From: a bacterium
Lineage (GTDB): Bacteria > UBP7 > UBA6624
Assembly: GCA_002716355.1 (NCBI GenBank)
Contig: PBAU01000003.1
Location: forward strand, 335,146-367,145
Direction of reading: 5' to 3'
DNA: 32,000 nt
The position numbers were made by a program, and so were the translations under genes. Below the pieces are notes generated by a model that had not been told where the DNA came from, ran no database searches, and saw only the letters and a program-made list of their open reading frames with translations. Positions within the stretch are counted from its first letter, which is position 1. Every line of letters starts with the position of its first letter. Positions 8,463 through 16,437 of the stretch are shown piece by piece.

Positions 8463-10295
8463 CTAATCATTTTTTTTAATTCTTTCAACACCTAAACCTT
8501 TCATTAGTTTTTCAAAATCTTCTCTATCTATTGACTCTTTTTCTAATAGGATATTAGCCAAGCCATCCAAGGCATCTTTATGTTCCTTCAATAATTTTTC
8601 AGCATTATTTTGTGAAATTGTGATAAATGACAAAACCTGTCGATCCATCTCTTCCTCCATGGCATCTGAATGATTTGCCTGCATAGACAACCCTCTTCCT
8701 AAAAATGGAGCTTGATCGTACTCGTAATCTACCGGTCCTATCTTTTCACTCATTCCCCAGTTTCTCACCATCGATCTCGCAATACTTGTAACTCTTTTTA
8801 TATCCGAACTTGCACCATTTGTAATTTCATTAAATGTAATCTTCTCAGCTGCACGTCCAGCAAGACAGATTGTCATTTCATCCATAAGTTCTTTTTTTGT
8901 TTTAAGAGCTTTATCTTTTTCATCTTCTGAGTCAGTATTCCACACGTAACCAAGAGCTTCAGCTCTTGGAATTATGGTAATCTTATGAACTGTTGATCCA
9001 AGAATGTAAGAAACAATGGCGTGACCTGACTCATGCCAAGCAACAGTTTCTTTTTCTTTTTGAGAGATCATCAAAGATTTTCTTTGTGGACCCATTGCAA
9101 CTCTTTCAACAGCTTCAGCAAGATGTTCTTGCTTAATTTTTTTTGCCTTTACCCTAGCAGCAAGTAACGCAGATTCATTAAGTAAATTTTCCAAATCAGC
9201 ACCTGAAAAACCAGGTGTTCTTTGAGCTATATGCTTTAAACTTATACCTTTTTCGAAAGGCTTTCCTGAGGAATGAACTTTTAATATATCCTCTCTTGAG
9301 CCAACTGTGGGGAGATTCACTTTAATTTTTCTATCAAATCTACCTGACCTTATTAAAGCTGGATCAAGTATGTCAGGCCTATTTGTAGCTGCGATAACAA
9401 CAATATTATCGTGAGATTCAAAACCGTCCATTTCTATCAAGATTTGATTCAAAGTCTGCTCTCTTTCATCATGTCCGCCACCCATTCCTGCTCCACGCTG
9501 CCTTCCAACAGCATCTATTTCATCCAAGAATATAAGTGCACTTCCAGCTGCTTTTGCTTTCTCGAATAAACTTCTCACTCTTGAAGCTCCTACACCAACA
9601 AACAACTCCACAAATTCACTTCCACTAGAAAGGAAAAAGGGGACTTTTGCCTCTCCGGCAACAGCTTTTGCAAGCAATGTTTTACCGCAACCAGGTGGAC
9701 CTGTTAGCAAAACTCCTTTAGTTGGTTTTGCTCCTAATTTTTTAAATGGTGCTGGATTCTTTAGAAAAGAAACAATTTCTTTCAATTCATTTTTTGGCTC
9801 ATCAAGCCCAGCTACGTCTTTAAACTTTGTTTTTGTTTTCTCTCCTGTGATTGACTTCGCCTTTGATTGCCCAAAAGATGTTGGATCTCCACCTCCACCC
9901 ATTTTCCTCAAAAGAAGCACAAAGATCAGAACAGTGATGCCTATAGAAAGTGCAAACCATACAAAAGGATTTATGTTTTCTCCCCAACCTGGAGGTTTAA
10001 CCTGAACATTTGAGACTTTTGAGTTGATATTTTCAAGCAACGAATCACTTAGTATGACTCTGGAAATGTAATTCTGATCTTCTTCAAAAACTTTATAACT
10101 AACGGAGCTTGATCCAGTATCAATTTGAACCTCTTCGATAAATCCACCTTCCAAGGAAGAAACAAACTCACTCTGCGTTGTTTCTTTTGACTGATCTGTC
10201 AAACTAAAAAACAAAAGAGTAGTCAAGAATAAAAAAAACAATATAAATAAAGACCTGGGAGAAGGCTGATGAACACTACGTTTATTTTTTTTCAT
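8463..10295 (-). CDS. ftsH: ATP-dependent zinc metalloprotease FtsH
   Basis: N-terminal TM segments, Walker A GPPGCGKT, an AAA second region of homology, and the zinc site HESGHA. Confidence 0.97.
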   Translation of the reverse strand: MKKNKRSVHQPSPRSLFILFFLFLTTLLFFSLTDQSKETTQSEFVSSLEGGFIEEVQIDTGSSSVSYKVFEEDQNYISRVILSDSLLENINSKVSNVQVKPPGWGENINPFVWFALSIGITVLIFVLLLRKMGGGGDPTSFGQSKAKSITGEKTKTKFKDVAGLDEPKNELKEIVSFLKNPAPFKKLGAKPTKGVLLTGPPGCGKTLLAKAVAGEAKVPFFLSSGSEFVELFVGVGASRVRSLFEKAKAAGSALIFLDEIDAVGRQRGAGMGGGHDEREQTLNQILIEMDGFESHDNIVVIAATNRPDILDPALIRSGRFDRKIKVNLPTVGSREDILKVHSSGKPFEKGISLKHIAQRTPGFSGADLENLLNESALLAARVKAKKIKQEHLAEAVERVAMGPQRKSLMISQKEKETVAWHESGHAIVSYILGSTVHKITIIPRAEALGYVWNTDSEDEKDKALKTKKELMDEMTICLAGRAAEKITFNEITNGASSDIKRVTSIARSMVRNWGMSEKIGPVDYEYDQAPFLGRGLSMQANHSDAMEEEMDRQVLSFITISQNNAEKLLKEHKDALDGLANILLEKESIDREDFEKLMKGLGVERIKKND

Positions 10296-10320
10296 ATATC
10301 AATTGAAAAATATATTCTAA

Positions 10321-11262
10321 TCAATCACCAATATAAAAAATATTATTTTTAGCTATTTGAACCTTGAACCACGGTGGCCCCTGTATCATTACAGTATCTT
10401 TTGACTGGCCTTCTTTTATTATTCTTTCAAGTGCTCCACGAGGGGCTGTAACGCCAATTGAATACAACCAATTTTTTATAACCCTTAATGCAACCGCGGG
10501 TGGCAGTTTCAAAACCTCACGATTAAGACCTTTGTCGTTTAAATAAATTCGAAGTAGATCATTTGAAACCATGTTCAAAGATTGATTTTCTTCCGATAAG
10601 ATTTCCAAACTTGTTAATGGCCCTTTAGGCCAATACCTCCCCCAAGCCTTCTTAAGCTCTGGAATCACGCTCTTTCTCAAAGACGCCCTGATTAAATCAT
10701 TCTGATTAGATGGATCCTCATACCAATCAATATTATTTTCTGAAAGATATTTTAAAATTTGAGATTTCCTAATCCCTAATAACGGCCTAATGAAAAAATC
10801 CCTTCGTACTGGGATTCCCTTTAATCCTTCAAGGCCCATACCTCTCCCTAACCTTATAAGTAAAGTTTCTAAATTGTCATCCAGATTATGTCCAGTAGCA
10901 ACCTTGTCGAATTCATTTTTTTCAACAATTTTCTGAATTGCATCATATCTATCTCTTCTCCATGTATCTTCTGGCCCATTACCTTTAAAGCTATTTTTCG
11001 AAGAGATGATATGCAAATTTATATTATGCTTTGATGAAAAAACCTCAACATGAGATTGCTCTTTTTCTGAATCAGGTCTTGAATGATGGTTAAAGTAAAA
11101 AGCCTCAACATGAAAACCAGTGTGATTTGAAAGTTTTTTTAAAATTGAAAGCAATGCAGTTGAATCAGGTCCGCCTGACCAAGCAACCAACACTTTCTCA
11201 TCAGGACCTATTAATTTTTTTTCATTAATAAAAACACTAATTTTTTTTAAAAGATGATTCAT
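10321..11262 (-). CDS. tilS: tRNA(Ile)-lysidine synthase (short form, 313 aa)
   Basis: PP-loop motif VAWSGGPDS. It lies just upstream of ftsH, a widely conserved adjacency. Confidence 0.9.
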   Translation of the reverse strand: MNHLLKKISVFINEKKLIGPDEKVLVAWSGGPDSTALLSILKKLSNHTGFHVEAFYFNHHSRPDSEKEQSHVEVFSSKHNINLHIISSKNSFKGNGPEDTWRRDRYDAIQKIVEKNEFDKVATGHNLDDNLETLLIRLGRGMGLEGLKGIPVRRDFFIRPLLGIRKSQILKYLSENNIDWYEDPSNQNDLIRASLRKSVIPELKKAWGRYWPKGPLTSLEILSEENQSLNMVSNDLLRIYLNDKGLNREVLKLPPAVALRVIKNWLYSIGVTAPRGALERIIKEGQSKDTVMIQGPPWFKVQIAKNNIFYIGD

Positions 11263-11277
11263 AAAAATTTAAGCAAA

Positions 11278-11351
11278 TAGCAGCGCTCGGATTTGAACCG
11301 AGGACCTTCCGGGTATGAGCCGGACGCTCTAACCAGCTGAGCTACGCTGCC
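11278..11351 (-). tRNA. tRNA with CAU anticodon (elongator tRNA-Met or tRNA-Ile2; not resolvable by eye)
   Basis: Reverse complement is GGCAGCGTAGCTCAGCTGGTTAGAGCGTCCGGCTCATACCCGGAAGGTCCTCGGTTCAAATCCGAGCGCTGCTA. It folds as a cloverleaf: 7-bp acceptor stem with G1-U72, D arm GCTC/GAGC, anticodon loop CTCATAC, T arm CTCGG/CCGAG. No CCA is encoded. Confidence 0.9.
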
Positions 11352-11356
11352 GGAAT

Positions 11357-11431
11357 TGGGTGCGGGGGCAGGATTCGAACCTGCGACCTTCGGGTTATGA
11401 GCCCGACAAGCTACCACTGCTCCACCCCGCG
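11357..11431 (-). tRNA. initiator tRNA-fMet (CAU)
   Basis: Reverse complement is CGCGGGGTGGAGCAGTGGTAGCTTGTCGGGCTCATAACCCGAAGGTCGCAGGTTCGAATCCTGCCCCCGCACCCA. It has the C1xA72 mismatch and three consecutive G-C pairs in the anticodon stem, both initiator hallmarks. It is near-identical in design to E. coli tRNA-fMet. CCA is encoded. Confidence 0.95.
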
Positions 11432-11444
11432 TCAGAATAGCCCA

Positions 11445-11450
11445 ATTCTA
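11445..11450 (-). promoter_or_regulatory. candidate -10 box (TAGAAT on minus strand) for the tRNA-tilS-ftsH transcript
   Basis: TAGAAT lies 13 nt upstream of the mature tRNA-fMet 5' end. No convincing -35 is present. AT-rich background makes chance hits likely. Confidence 0.3.
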
Positions 11451-11488
11451 TCTCAATAAACATACTTCCACCTATAAAATTATTAGGA

Positions 11489-12991
11489 ATGGCAAAGAAC
11501 ATTGAGCACAAATATGACTTTCTTAGAGTCATGATAAGGAAACACGTAATCAAATTTACAAGCAATCCGCCAAAAGAATTTGTTGCTCTTTTTCCTGAAA
11601 ACTCACTTGAATCTGTGAAACAGCTTCTGGGCGATTTCATATTTGGTGTTTTTTCATCTTTTGATAAAAGCTTGATATCAATGAGAGACAACCAGGTAAC
11701 TGAATTAATTAAAAGAAATTTTGATTACTGGATCGAAAAAGATATAGATCCATCAAATATCGATAAAGCTTTTTGGAAATGTGTAAAGTCATTTAAAAAA
11801 CTACTTTCTGAAAATGAAAAAAACTTTTTTGACCAATACATTAAAAAAGAAAAACTTGAAATAATCTTTAATGAAACTTTAAAAAAATACCATTCTGTAT
11901 TTAGAGAACATTTTGAAAGACAGGTAGCCGAATTATCACTTTTAAAAAATATTTCAGAAATAACAAATTCACCTGAAGACTTATCAGAAATATTCTTAGA
12001 CAAACTTTATGAAGCTTTAAGTGCTGATTATGCAGTGCTCTTCTACAACAACAACAATAAGGAAATTAAATTGGAAAAAAATCCAGATCATTTTTTAAAA
12101 TTCTCCAAGAAAACTGCGGAAACACTTATCTCTCAATCGAATACACATGATCCAGAGTTGCTTGAATCATTATTAAAAATATTTCAAGAAAAAAAACATC
12201 AAAACAATCTGAGCCCTTTCGATTGGTCTGAAATTTCTAAGATTTCGAAAAGCAACTTTCCAGAAGGCCTTTTTCAGTTTCCAAAAGAGCCTAAGGCAAT
12301 AGTTCAAGACATTAATCCGAAAAGCATGATAATGACACATCTTTTCGAAAGGGGAACACGCGTAGGCTTTCTTTGCCTAATGAGATCAACATCTGCCTCT
12401 TTCAACAATAGGGATAATACCTTCTTTGAGGTAGCATCAAAAGATTTTTCAAGAATACTTGAAAATAAAAATCTCCAAGAAGAGTTACGGCTCCTCGCTC
12501 AAACAGACAGCTTGACAAACCTACTTAACAGGAGAAGATTTTTTGAACTTGGAAACATAGAGCTAGAAAGATCGAAAAGGTATAAAAATAAATTTAGCAT
12601 AATGATGCTTGATGTTGATAACTTTAAACAAATTAACGATACATACGGACATCAAATTGGCGACGAAGTCCTTAAAGAGCTTGCGTCATACATTCAAAAA
12701 AGATCCAGAGCAGGTGATCTAGCAGGAAGATACGGCGGTGAAGAATTCATGGTCCTTCTCTTGGAGTCAGATTCAAGCAACACACAGAAAGCAGCACTAA
12801 AGCTTTTAAAACAAATTGAAAACATAACAATTCAAGTGAATGATGAAGAGTCAATCAACTTTACAGCTTCAATTGGAGTTGCAACATACCCTAAAGATGG
12901 GGAAACGCTAAATGAGATCATATCAGTTGCAGATGAATGCCTATATGCTGCAAAAACAGAGGGCAAGAATTGCGTGAGGGCAAAAAGATGA
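11489..12991 (+). CDS. diguanylate cyclase (N-terminal region + GAF-like domain + GGDEF domain)
   Basis: C-terminal GGDEF domain contains DSLTNLLNRRRF, MLDVDNFKQINDTYGH, the active site GGEEF (12734-12748) and the I-site RAGD (12707-12718) five residues upstream. The start is uncertain, because AGGA abuts the ATG with no spacer. Confidence 0.9.
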   Translation: MAKNIEHKYDFLRVMIRKHVIKFTSNPPKEFVALFPENSLESVKQLLGDFIFGVFSSFDKSLISMRDNQVTELIKRNFDYWIEKDIDPSNIDKAFWKCVKSFKKLLSENEKNFFDQYIKKEKLEIIFNETLKKYHSVFREHFERQVAELSLLKNISEITNSPEDLSEIFLDKLYEALSADYAVLFYNNNNKEIKLEKNPDHFLKFSKKTAETLISQSNTHDPELLESLLKIFQEKKHQNNLSPFDWSEISKISKSNFPEGLFQFPKEPKAIVQDINPKSMIMTHLFERGTRVGFLCLMRSTSASFNNRDNTFFEVASKDFSRILENKNLQEELRLLAQTDSLTNLLNRRRFFELGNIELERSKRYKNKFSIMMLDVDNFKQINDTYGHQIGDEVLKELASYIQKRSRAGDLAGRYGGEEFMVLLLESDSSNTQKAALKLLKQIENITIQVNDEESINFTASIGVATYPKDGETLNEIISVADECLYAAKTEGKNCVRAKR

Positions 12992-14187
12992 AAAGATTTG
13001 ATATATTGTCACAATTAATCAAATGTCTTTCAAGAATACTGGATGAAATTGAAGGCCATACAAGTTCTCATGCTCAAGGTGTTGCCAATTCTTCAATAAG
13101 CTTTGCTGATGAATTTGGCTTTACCTTGAAAACTCAAAGAAGTCTTTATTATGCTGCATTGCTGCATGACATCGGAGAAACTACACTTCCGCATTCAATA
13201 CTGTACAAAAATGGCCCATTGCTACCAGCTGAAAGGAAAAAAATCGAAAGCCACTCTGTTGTGGGGTACAAAATTGTTAAAAACATACCTTCAATGACTG
13301 AGGTTGCTGGTCTCATCAGGCACCATCATGAATCTTGGGATGGGACAGGATACCCTGATCAATTAATGATGGGTGAATTCACAAGAGCAAAACAAATCTT
13401 AGCAATTTGCGACCTAAATGATACTCTTAGCAGAGAAAGACCCTATAGGCCAAAAAGAACGAATGAAGAAATAGAAAATATACTTAATGAATCCAAAGGG
13501 ACAAGGTTTCAACCAGACATGGTTGAAAAATTTATTAAATTTAAAAACAATACAAACATTAAAAAAAACTCCTTAAAAAAAATAAATGAAATAAAAGATT
13601 CCGGTCAGGAGTTGTCTGATTTTGAATCTCAGGCTTACCTCTTGGCGATATCTGTTGTTTTTTCAAATTTAATAGGTGAAAAAATTCCATTTTTAGCAAC
13701 CCACCCTAGCAAGGTTGCATTGCTTTCCGTAAAGCTAGGTGAAGCTATAGGAATGAATAAAAATGAACTTTTTGAAATGAAAATTGCAGCATTCTTGGGT
13801 GATATTGGAATCCTTGCACAAGATGAAAAAATCTACATGAAAAAAGATAAATTAAGTCCGGAAGATATTGAAACAATTAACAATCATACGCTAATAGGAG
13901 AGAGGGCAACGAGTGAGATTACTAGCCTTCCTAATGTTTCCAAAATAATCAGAAACTACCACGAGTCTTGGGATGGTTCAGGTTATCCAGATGGTATTAA
14001 AGGCAGCAAAATACCTTTGGCAAGTAGGATATTGAGGGTTGCTGATACATATGTTGCATTACAACATGATAGACCTTATAGAAAAGGAAAACAAAGAACA
14101 GAAATAACAGAATCTATAAATACTTATTTAAAAAACATAGCTGACCCATCACTGGTCAATACACTAATGGAGATCATGAAAAATTAA
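12988..14187 (+). CDS. tandem HD-GYP domain protein (c-di-GMP phosphodiesterase family)
   Basis: Domain 1 has HAQGV, LHDIG, SH, HHHESWDGTGYP and a D in ICDLND. Domain 2 has LGDIG and NYHESWDGSGYP. I prefer ATG 12988 (ATGA overlap with the cyclase stop, GAGGG 7 nt upstream) over the track start 12937. Confidence 0.88.
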   Translation: MKRFDILSQLIKCLSRILDEIEGHTSSHAQGVANSSISFADEFGFTLKTQRSLYYAALLHDIGETTLPHSILYKNGPLLPAERKKIESHSVVGYKIVKNIPSMTEVAGLIRHHHESWDGTGYPDQLMMGEFTRAKQILAICDLNDTLSRERPYRPKRTNEEIENILNESKGTRFQPDMVEKFIKFKNNTNIKKNSLKKINEIKDSGQELSDFESQAYLLAISVVFSNLIGEKIPFLATHPSKVALLSVKLGEAIGMNKNELFEMKIAAFLGDIGILAQDEKIYMKKDKLSPEDIETINNHTLIGERATSEITSLPNVSKIIRNYHESWDGSGYPDGIKGSKIPLASRILRVADTYVALQHDRPYRKGKQRTEITESINTYLKNIADPSLVNTLMEIMKN

Positions 14188-14955
14188 ATGAGCTTATTTG
14201 GATCTGACATAATTGAAACATTCCAGAAAAAAAGGATAAAAAGATTGGCTGTTTCAGGAGATCCTTTTTGTAGGATGTTTTCTGAATTTAGTGATTCAGG
14301 TATAAATTTATTCTCAGCAAATAAAGACAAAATGTGCTATGAACTCCACACCTATCTACTAACAGCAAAAAAGCCAATAAACTTCAGCGGCGCAACAATT
14401 TCAAAAATAGCAAAAGAAAAACCCATATTAAAAAATGGCACCTACACAAATATAGAAAAAATACTAAACAACATGGAAAGTGGAAGCATATCTAAAGGCT
14501 TAACTTTAAATTCATTGCTTATAGCTATCAATAACTGGGAGCAATCAAATGAAGACTGGAAGGATGTTTATGAAAGGATTGGAAATTGGAACCTACAAAG
14601 ATACCAAATGTTTTCAGAAAGTTATCAAAGTTTTGTTTTAAATGAAAACATATCAAAAATAGCAGAATGCTTTACATTTGATGGAATATTCATCAATATG
14701 TATGAAACACCAAAAGAAACCAGGTTGTCACTTATTGCAAAAAAACTTGGCTACAGGAAAGAAAATCATGAAAGTGACTTTCTTTCAGAACTTTCTGCTT
14801 TCTGGAAAAACGAAGGCTCTATACTTCCAAATCTTTACATATTATGCTCAAAAGAAAAAGAAATAATTATTGAGAAAAATTTTAAATTTGCATCAGGGCT
14901 AAGGAAGAAAAATATTATTATTGAAGGAGAAGAAGCACTATGGATGAAAACATAA
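14188..14955 (+). CDS. hypothetical protein (255 aa, no motif recognised)
   Basis: This long open frame in AT-rich DNA starts directly after the HD-GYP stop (TAAATG) and overlaps the rpiB start by 16 nt. There is no TM segment or signal peptide. Confidence 0.6.
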   Translation: MSLFGSDIIETFQKKRIKRLAVSGDPFCRMFSEFSDSGINLFSANKDKMCYELHTYLLTAKKPINFSGATISKIAKEKPILKNGTYTNIEKILNNMESGSISKGLTLNSLLIAINNWEQSNEDWKDVYERIGNWNLQRYQMFSESYQSFVLNENISKIAECFTFDGIFINMYETPKETRLSLIAKKLGYRKENHESDFLSELSAFWKNEGSILPNLYILCSKEKEIIIEKNFKFASGLRKKNIIIEGEEALWMKT

Positions 14956-15380
14956 AAATCGCTATATCATGCGATCATGCAGGAAAAGAATTATCAAATT
15001 ACATAATCAAAAAATTAAATAAAAAATTTTTATTCACCAATATGAATCCACCTTCTGGAAAGTCGGTTGACTATCCTGATTATGCCCATGAAGTTTGCAA
15101 CAGTATAAATAAAGGTAATGTTGAATACGGCATACTGGTTTGCGGCAGCGGCATTGGAATGTCAATGGCTGCAAACAGGCATAAAAACATAAGGGCAGCA
15201 AGGGTTCATGATCAGAATTCAGTAATAATGACCAGGAAACATAATGATGCAAATGTGTTATGCCTGGGTGAAAGAATGATAGATAAAGATAAAGCAGTAG
15301 AATTGGTTAAACTCTTTCTTGAAACTGAATTTGAAGGAGGCAGGCATCAAAAAAGAATTAATAAAATTGAATTAGACTGA
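14940..15380 (+). CDS. rpiB: ribose-5-phosphate isomerase B (RpiB/LacAB family)
   Basis: IAISCDHAG, GILVCGSGIGMSMAANR, NDANVLCLG and FEGGRHQKRI are present. GAAGGAG lies 10 nt upstream. Confidence 0.92.
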   Translation: MDENIKIAISCDHAGKELSNYIIKKLNKKFLFTNMNPPSGKSVDYPDYAHEVCNSINKGNVEYGILVCGSGIGMSMAANRHKNIRAARVHDQNSVIMTRKHNDANVLCLGERMIDKDKAVELVKLFLETEFEGGRHQKRINKIELD

Positions 15381-15387
15381 ATACGAA

Positions 15388-15681
15388 ATGAAGAAATTAT
15401 TAGAAAAAATATTTGCAAACTTTAAGCAACACAAACAGCAGAAAGCACCAGAAAAAATATCAAAAACACAAAAAAAAGCATACAAAAACAAAATGCTTGA
15501 TTTTAGAAATTCTGGCAATATAGTATGCTCAGAACAAAAAGTTATCAACTTCATACAGGCTAAAATACAAAAAAACAAAAACACAAAAAAAAGCAAGGAA
15601 ATAATTGAAATATTATCTAGAGATGGTTGTCTGCAGAGATTCTCAGTTAAAGGCAAGCCATATGTATACATAAAGTTTTAA
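15388..15681 (+). CDS. hypothetical small basic protein (97 aa, Lys-rich N-terminus, possible winged-helix-like C-terminus)
   Basis: The open frame is co-oriented with its neighbours. An equally long ORF exists on the opposite strand (15372-15671), so the coding strand is not certain. Confidence 0.4.
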   Translation: MKKLLEKIFANFKQHKQQKAPEKISKTQKKAYKNKMLDFRNSGNIVCSEQKVINFIQAKIQKNKNTKKSKEIIEILSRDGCLQRFSVKGKPYVYIKF

Positions 15682-15801
15682 ATGGATAAAAATAAAAAAA
15701 ACTGGATGTATGTCATGATTGTTGGATTATGTTCTGGGTTATTGTTTTCACTTGTAATTTGGGGAATAATCCAACTATCTTCCATTTTTAAAACTCAATA
15801 A
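15682..15801 (+). CDS. possible 39-aa single-TM peptide (MDKNKKNWMYVMIVGLCSGLLFSLVIWGIIQLSSIFKTQ)
   Basis: My own translation; the ORF is too short for the track. ATG follows the stop of the previous ORF directly. It has a charged N-terminus followed by a roughly 22-residue hydrophobic helix. Confidence 0.3.
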   Translation: MDKNKKNWMYVMIVGLCSGLLFSLVIWGIIQLSSIFKTQ

Positions 15802-15803
15802 GA

Positions 15804-15809
15804 TATAAT
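15804..15809 (+). promoter_or_regulatory. candidate -10 box TATAAT upstream of rpsD
   Basis: A perfect TATAAT sits 13 nt before the rpsD ATG. No Shine-Dalgarno is visible in between. Confidence 0.3.
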
Positions 15810-15822
15810 AGCACCTTAAGTT

Positions 15823-16437
15823 ATGTCGATTAAACAAAAAAAAGTTGCTCTTTCTAGAAAGCTAGGGATGAATGTTGTTGGGACTCATCGCGATCCCCTT
15901 GCAAGAAGAAAACATCCTCCTGGCCAGCATGGAACAAACATGAGAAGGAAAAAATCTAGTGATTACAAAGTAAGGCTTTTGGAAAAACAAAGGCTTAGAG
16001 CTATTTACAATCTGAAAGAAAGAAAGTTTGCTAGCTATGTAAGGGAGTCCAAAAACAAAAAAGGATCTTCTGAGCAAATACTAATGCGATTACTTGAATC
16101 CAGATTAGACACAGTAGCTTTAAAAAGTGGCTTCGCAAGAACACAAAGAGAAGCTAGGCAATTGGTTGTTCACGGTCATTTTTATGTAAATGGCAGAAAA
16201 GCAGACAAACCATCTTTTGCCTGTAGGCCAGGAGATGTGATATCTTTAAAACCAGGATCTATGAAAAAAACATTTTTCAAAGAAAAGGTATCAGAGGTAA
16301 TTGGGAGAGGTTCTCCAAGATGGATCATTGTTAATCAAGACAAATGGACAGCAAAATATGAACGCCATCCAGAAGTTGATGAGATTCCTGTTACCGAGGA
16401 ATTAAACCTTGGTTACATCATGGAATATTACGCTTAA
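15823..16437 (+). CDS. rpsD: 30S ribosomal protein S4
   Basis: The N-terminal basic region with PPGQHG, the S4 domain RLDTVALKSGFARTQREARQLVVHGHFYVNG, and a length of 204 aa all fit S4. Confidence 0.95.
   Translation: MSIKQKKVALSRKLGMNVVGTHRDPLARRKHPPGQHGTNMRRKKSSDYKVRLLEKQRLRAIYNLKERKFASYVRESKNKKGSSEQILMRLLESRLDTVALKSGFARTQREARQLVVHGHFYVNGRKADKPSFACRPGDVISLKPGSMKKTFFKEKVSEVIGRGSPRWIIVNQDKWTAKYERHPEVDEIPVTEELNLGYIMEYYA

Noticed and set aside
11395-11691. 98-aa minus-strand ORF
   Set aside because: It overlaps the tRNA-fMet gene and the start of the diguanylate cyclase gene, so it is spurious.
12937-12987. 17-codon upstream extension of the HD-GYP ORF (MPICCKNRGQELREGKK)
   Set aside because: It lies inside the conserved C-terminus of the cyclase. 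ATG 12988 has a GAGGG SD and the classic ATGA stop-start overlap.
15461-15595. Exact 20-nt direct repeat CAAAAACACAAAAAAAAGCA at 15461-15480 and 15576-15595
   Set aside because: It is low-complexity A-rich sequence inside a Lys-rich ORF, with only two copies and no inverted partner or spacer periodicity. It is not a CRISPR, att site or IS end.
15372-15671. 99-aa Phe/Cys-rich minus-strand ORF mirroring the Lys-rich ORF
   Set aside because: It is opposite in orientation to both neighbours and overlaps the rpiB 3' end. It is probably the T-rich mirror of an A-rich coding strand. I kept it as a caveat in the finding because it cannot be fully excluded.
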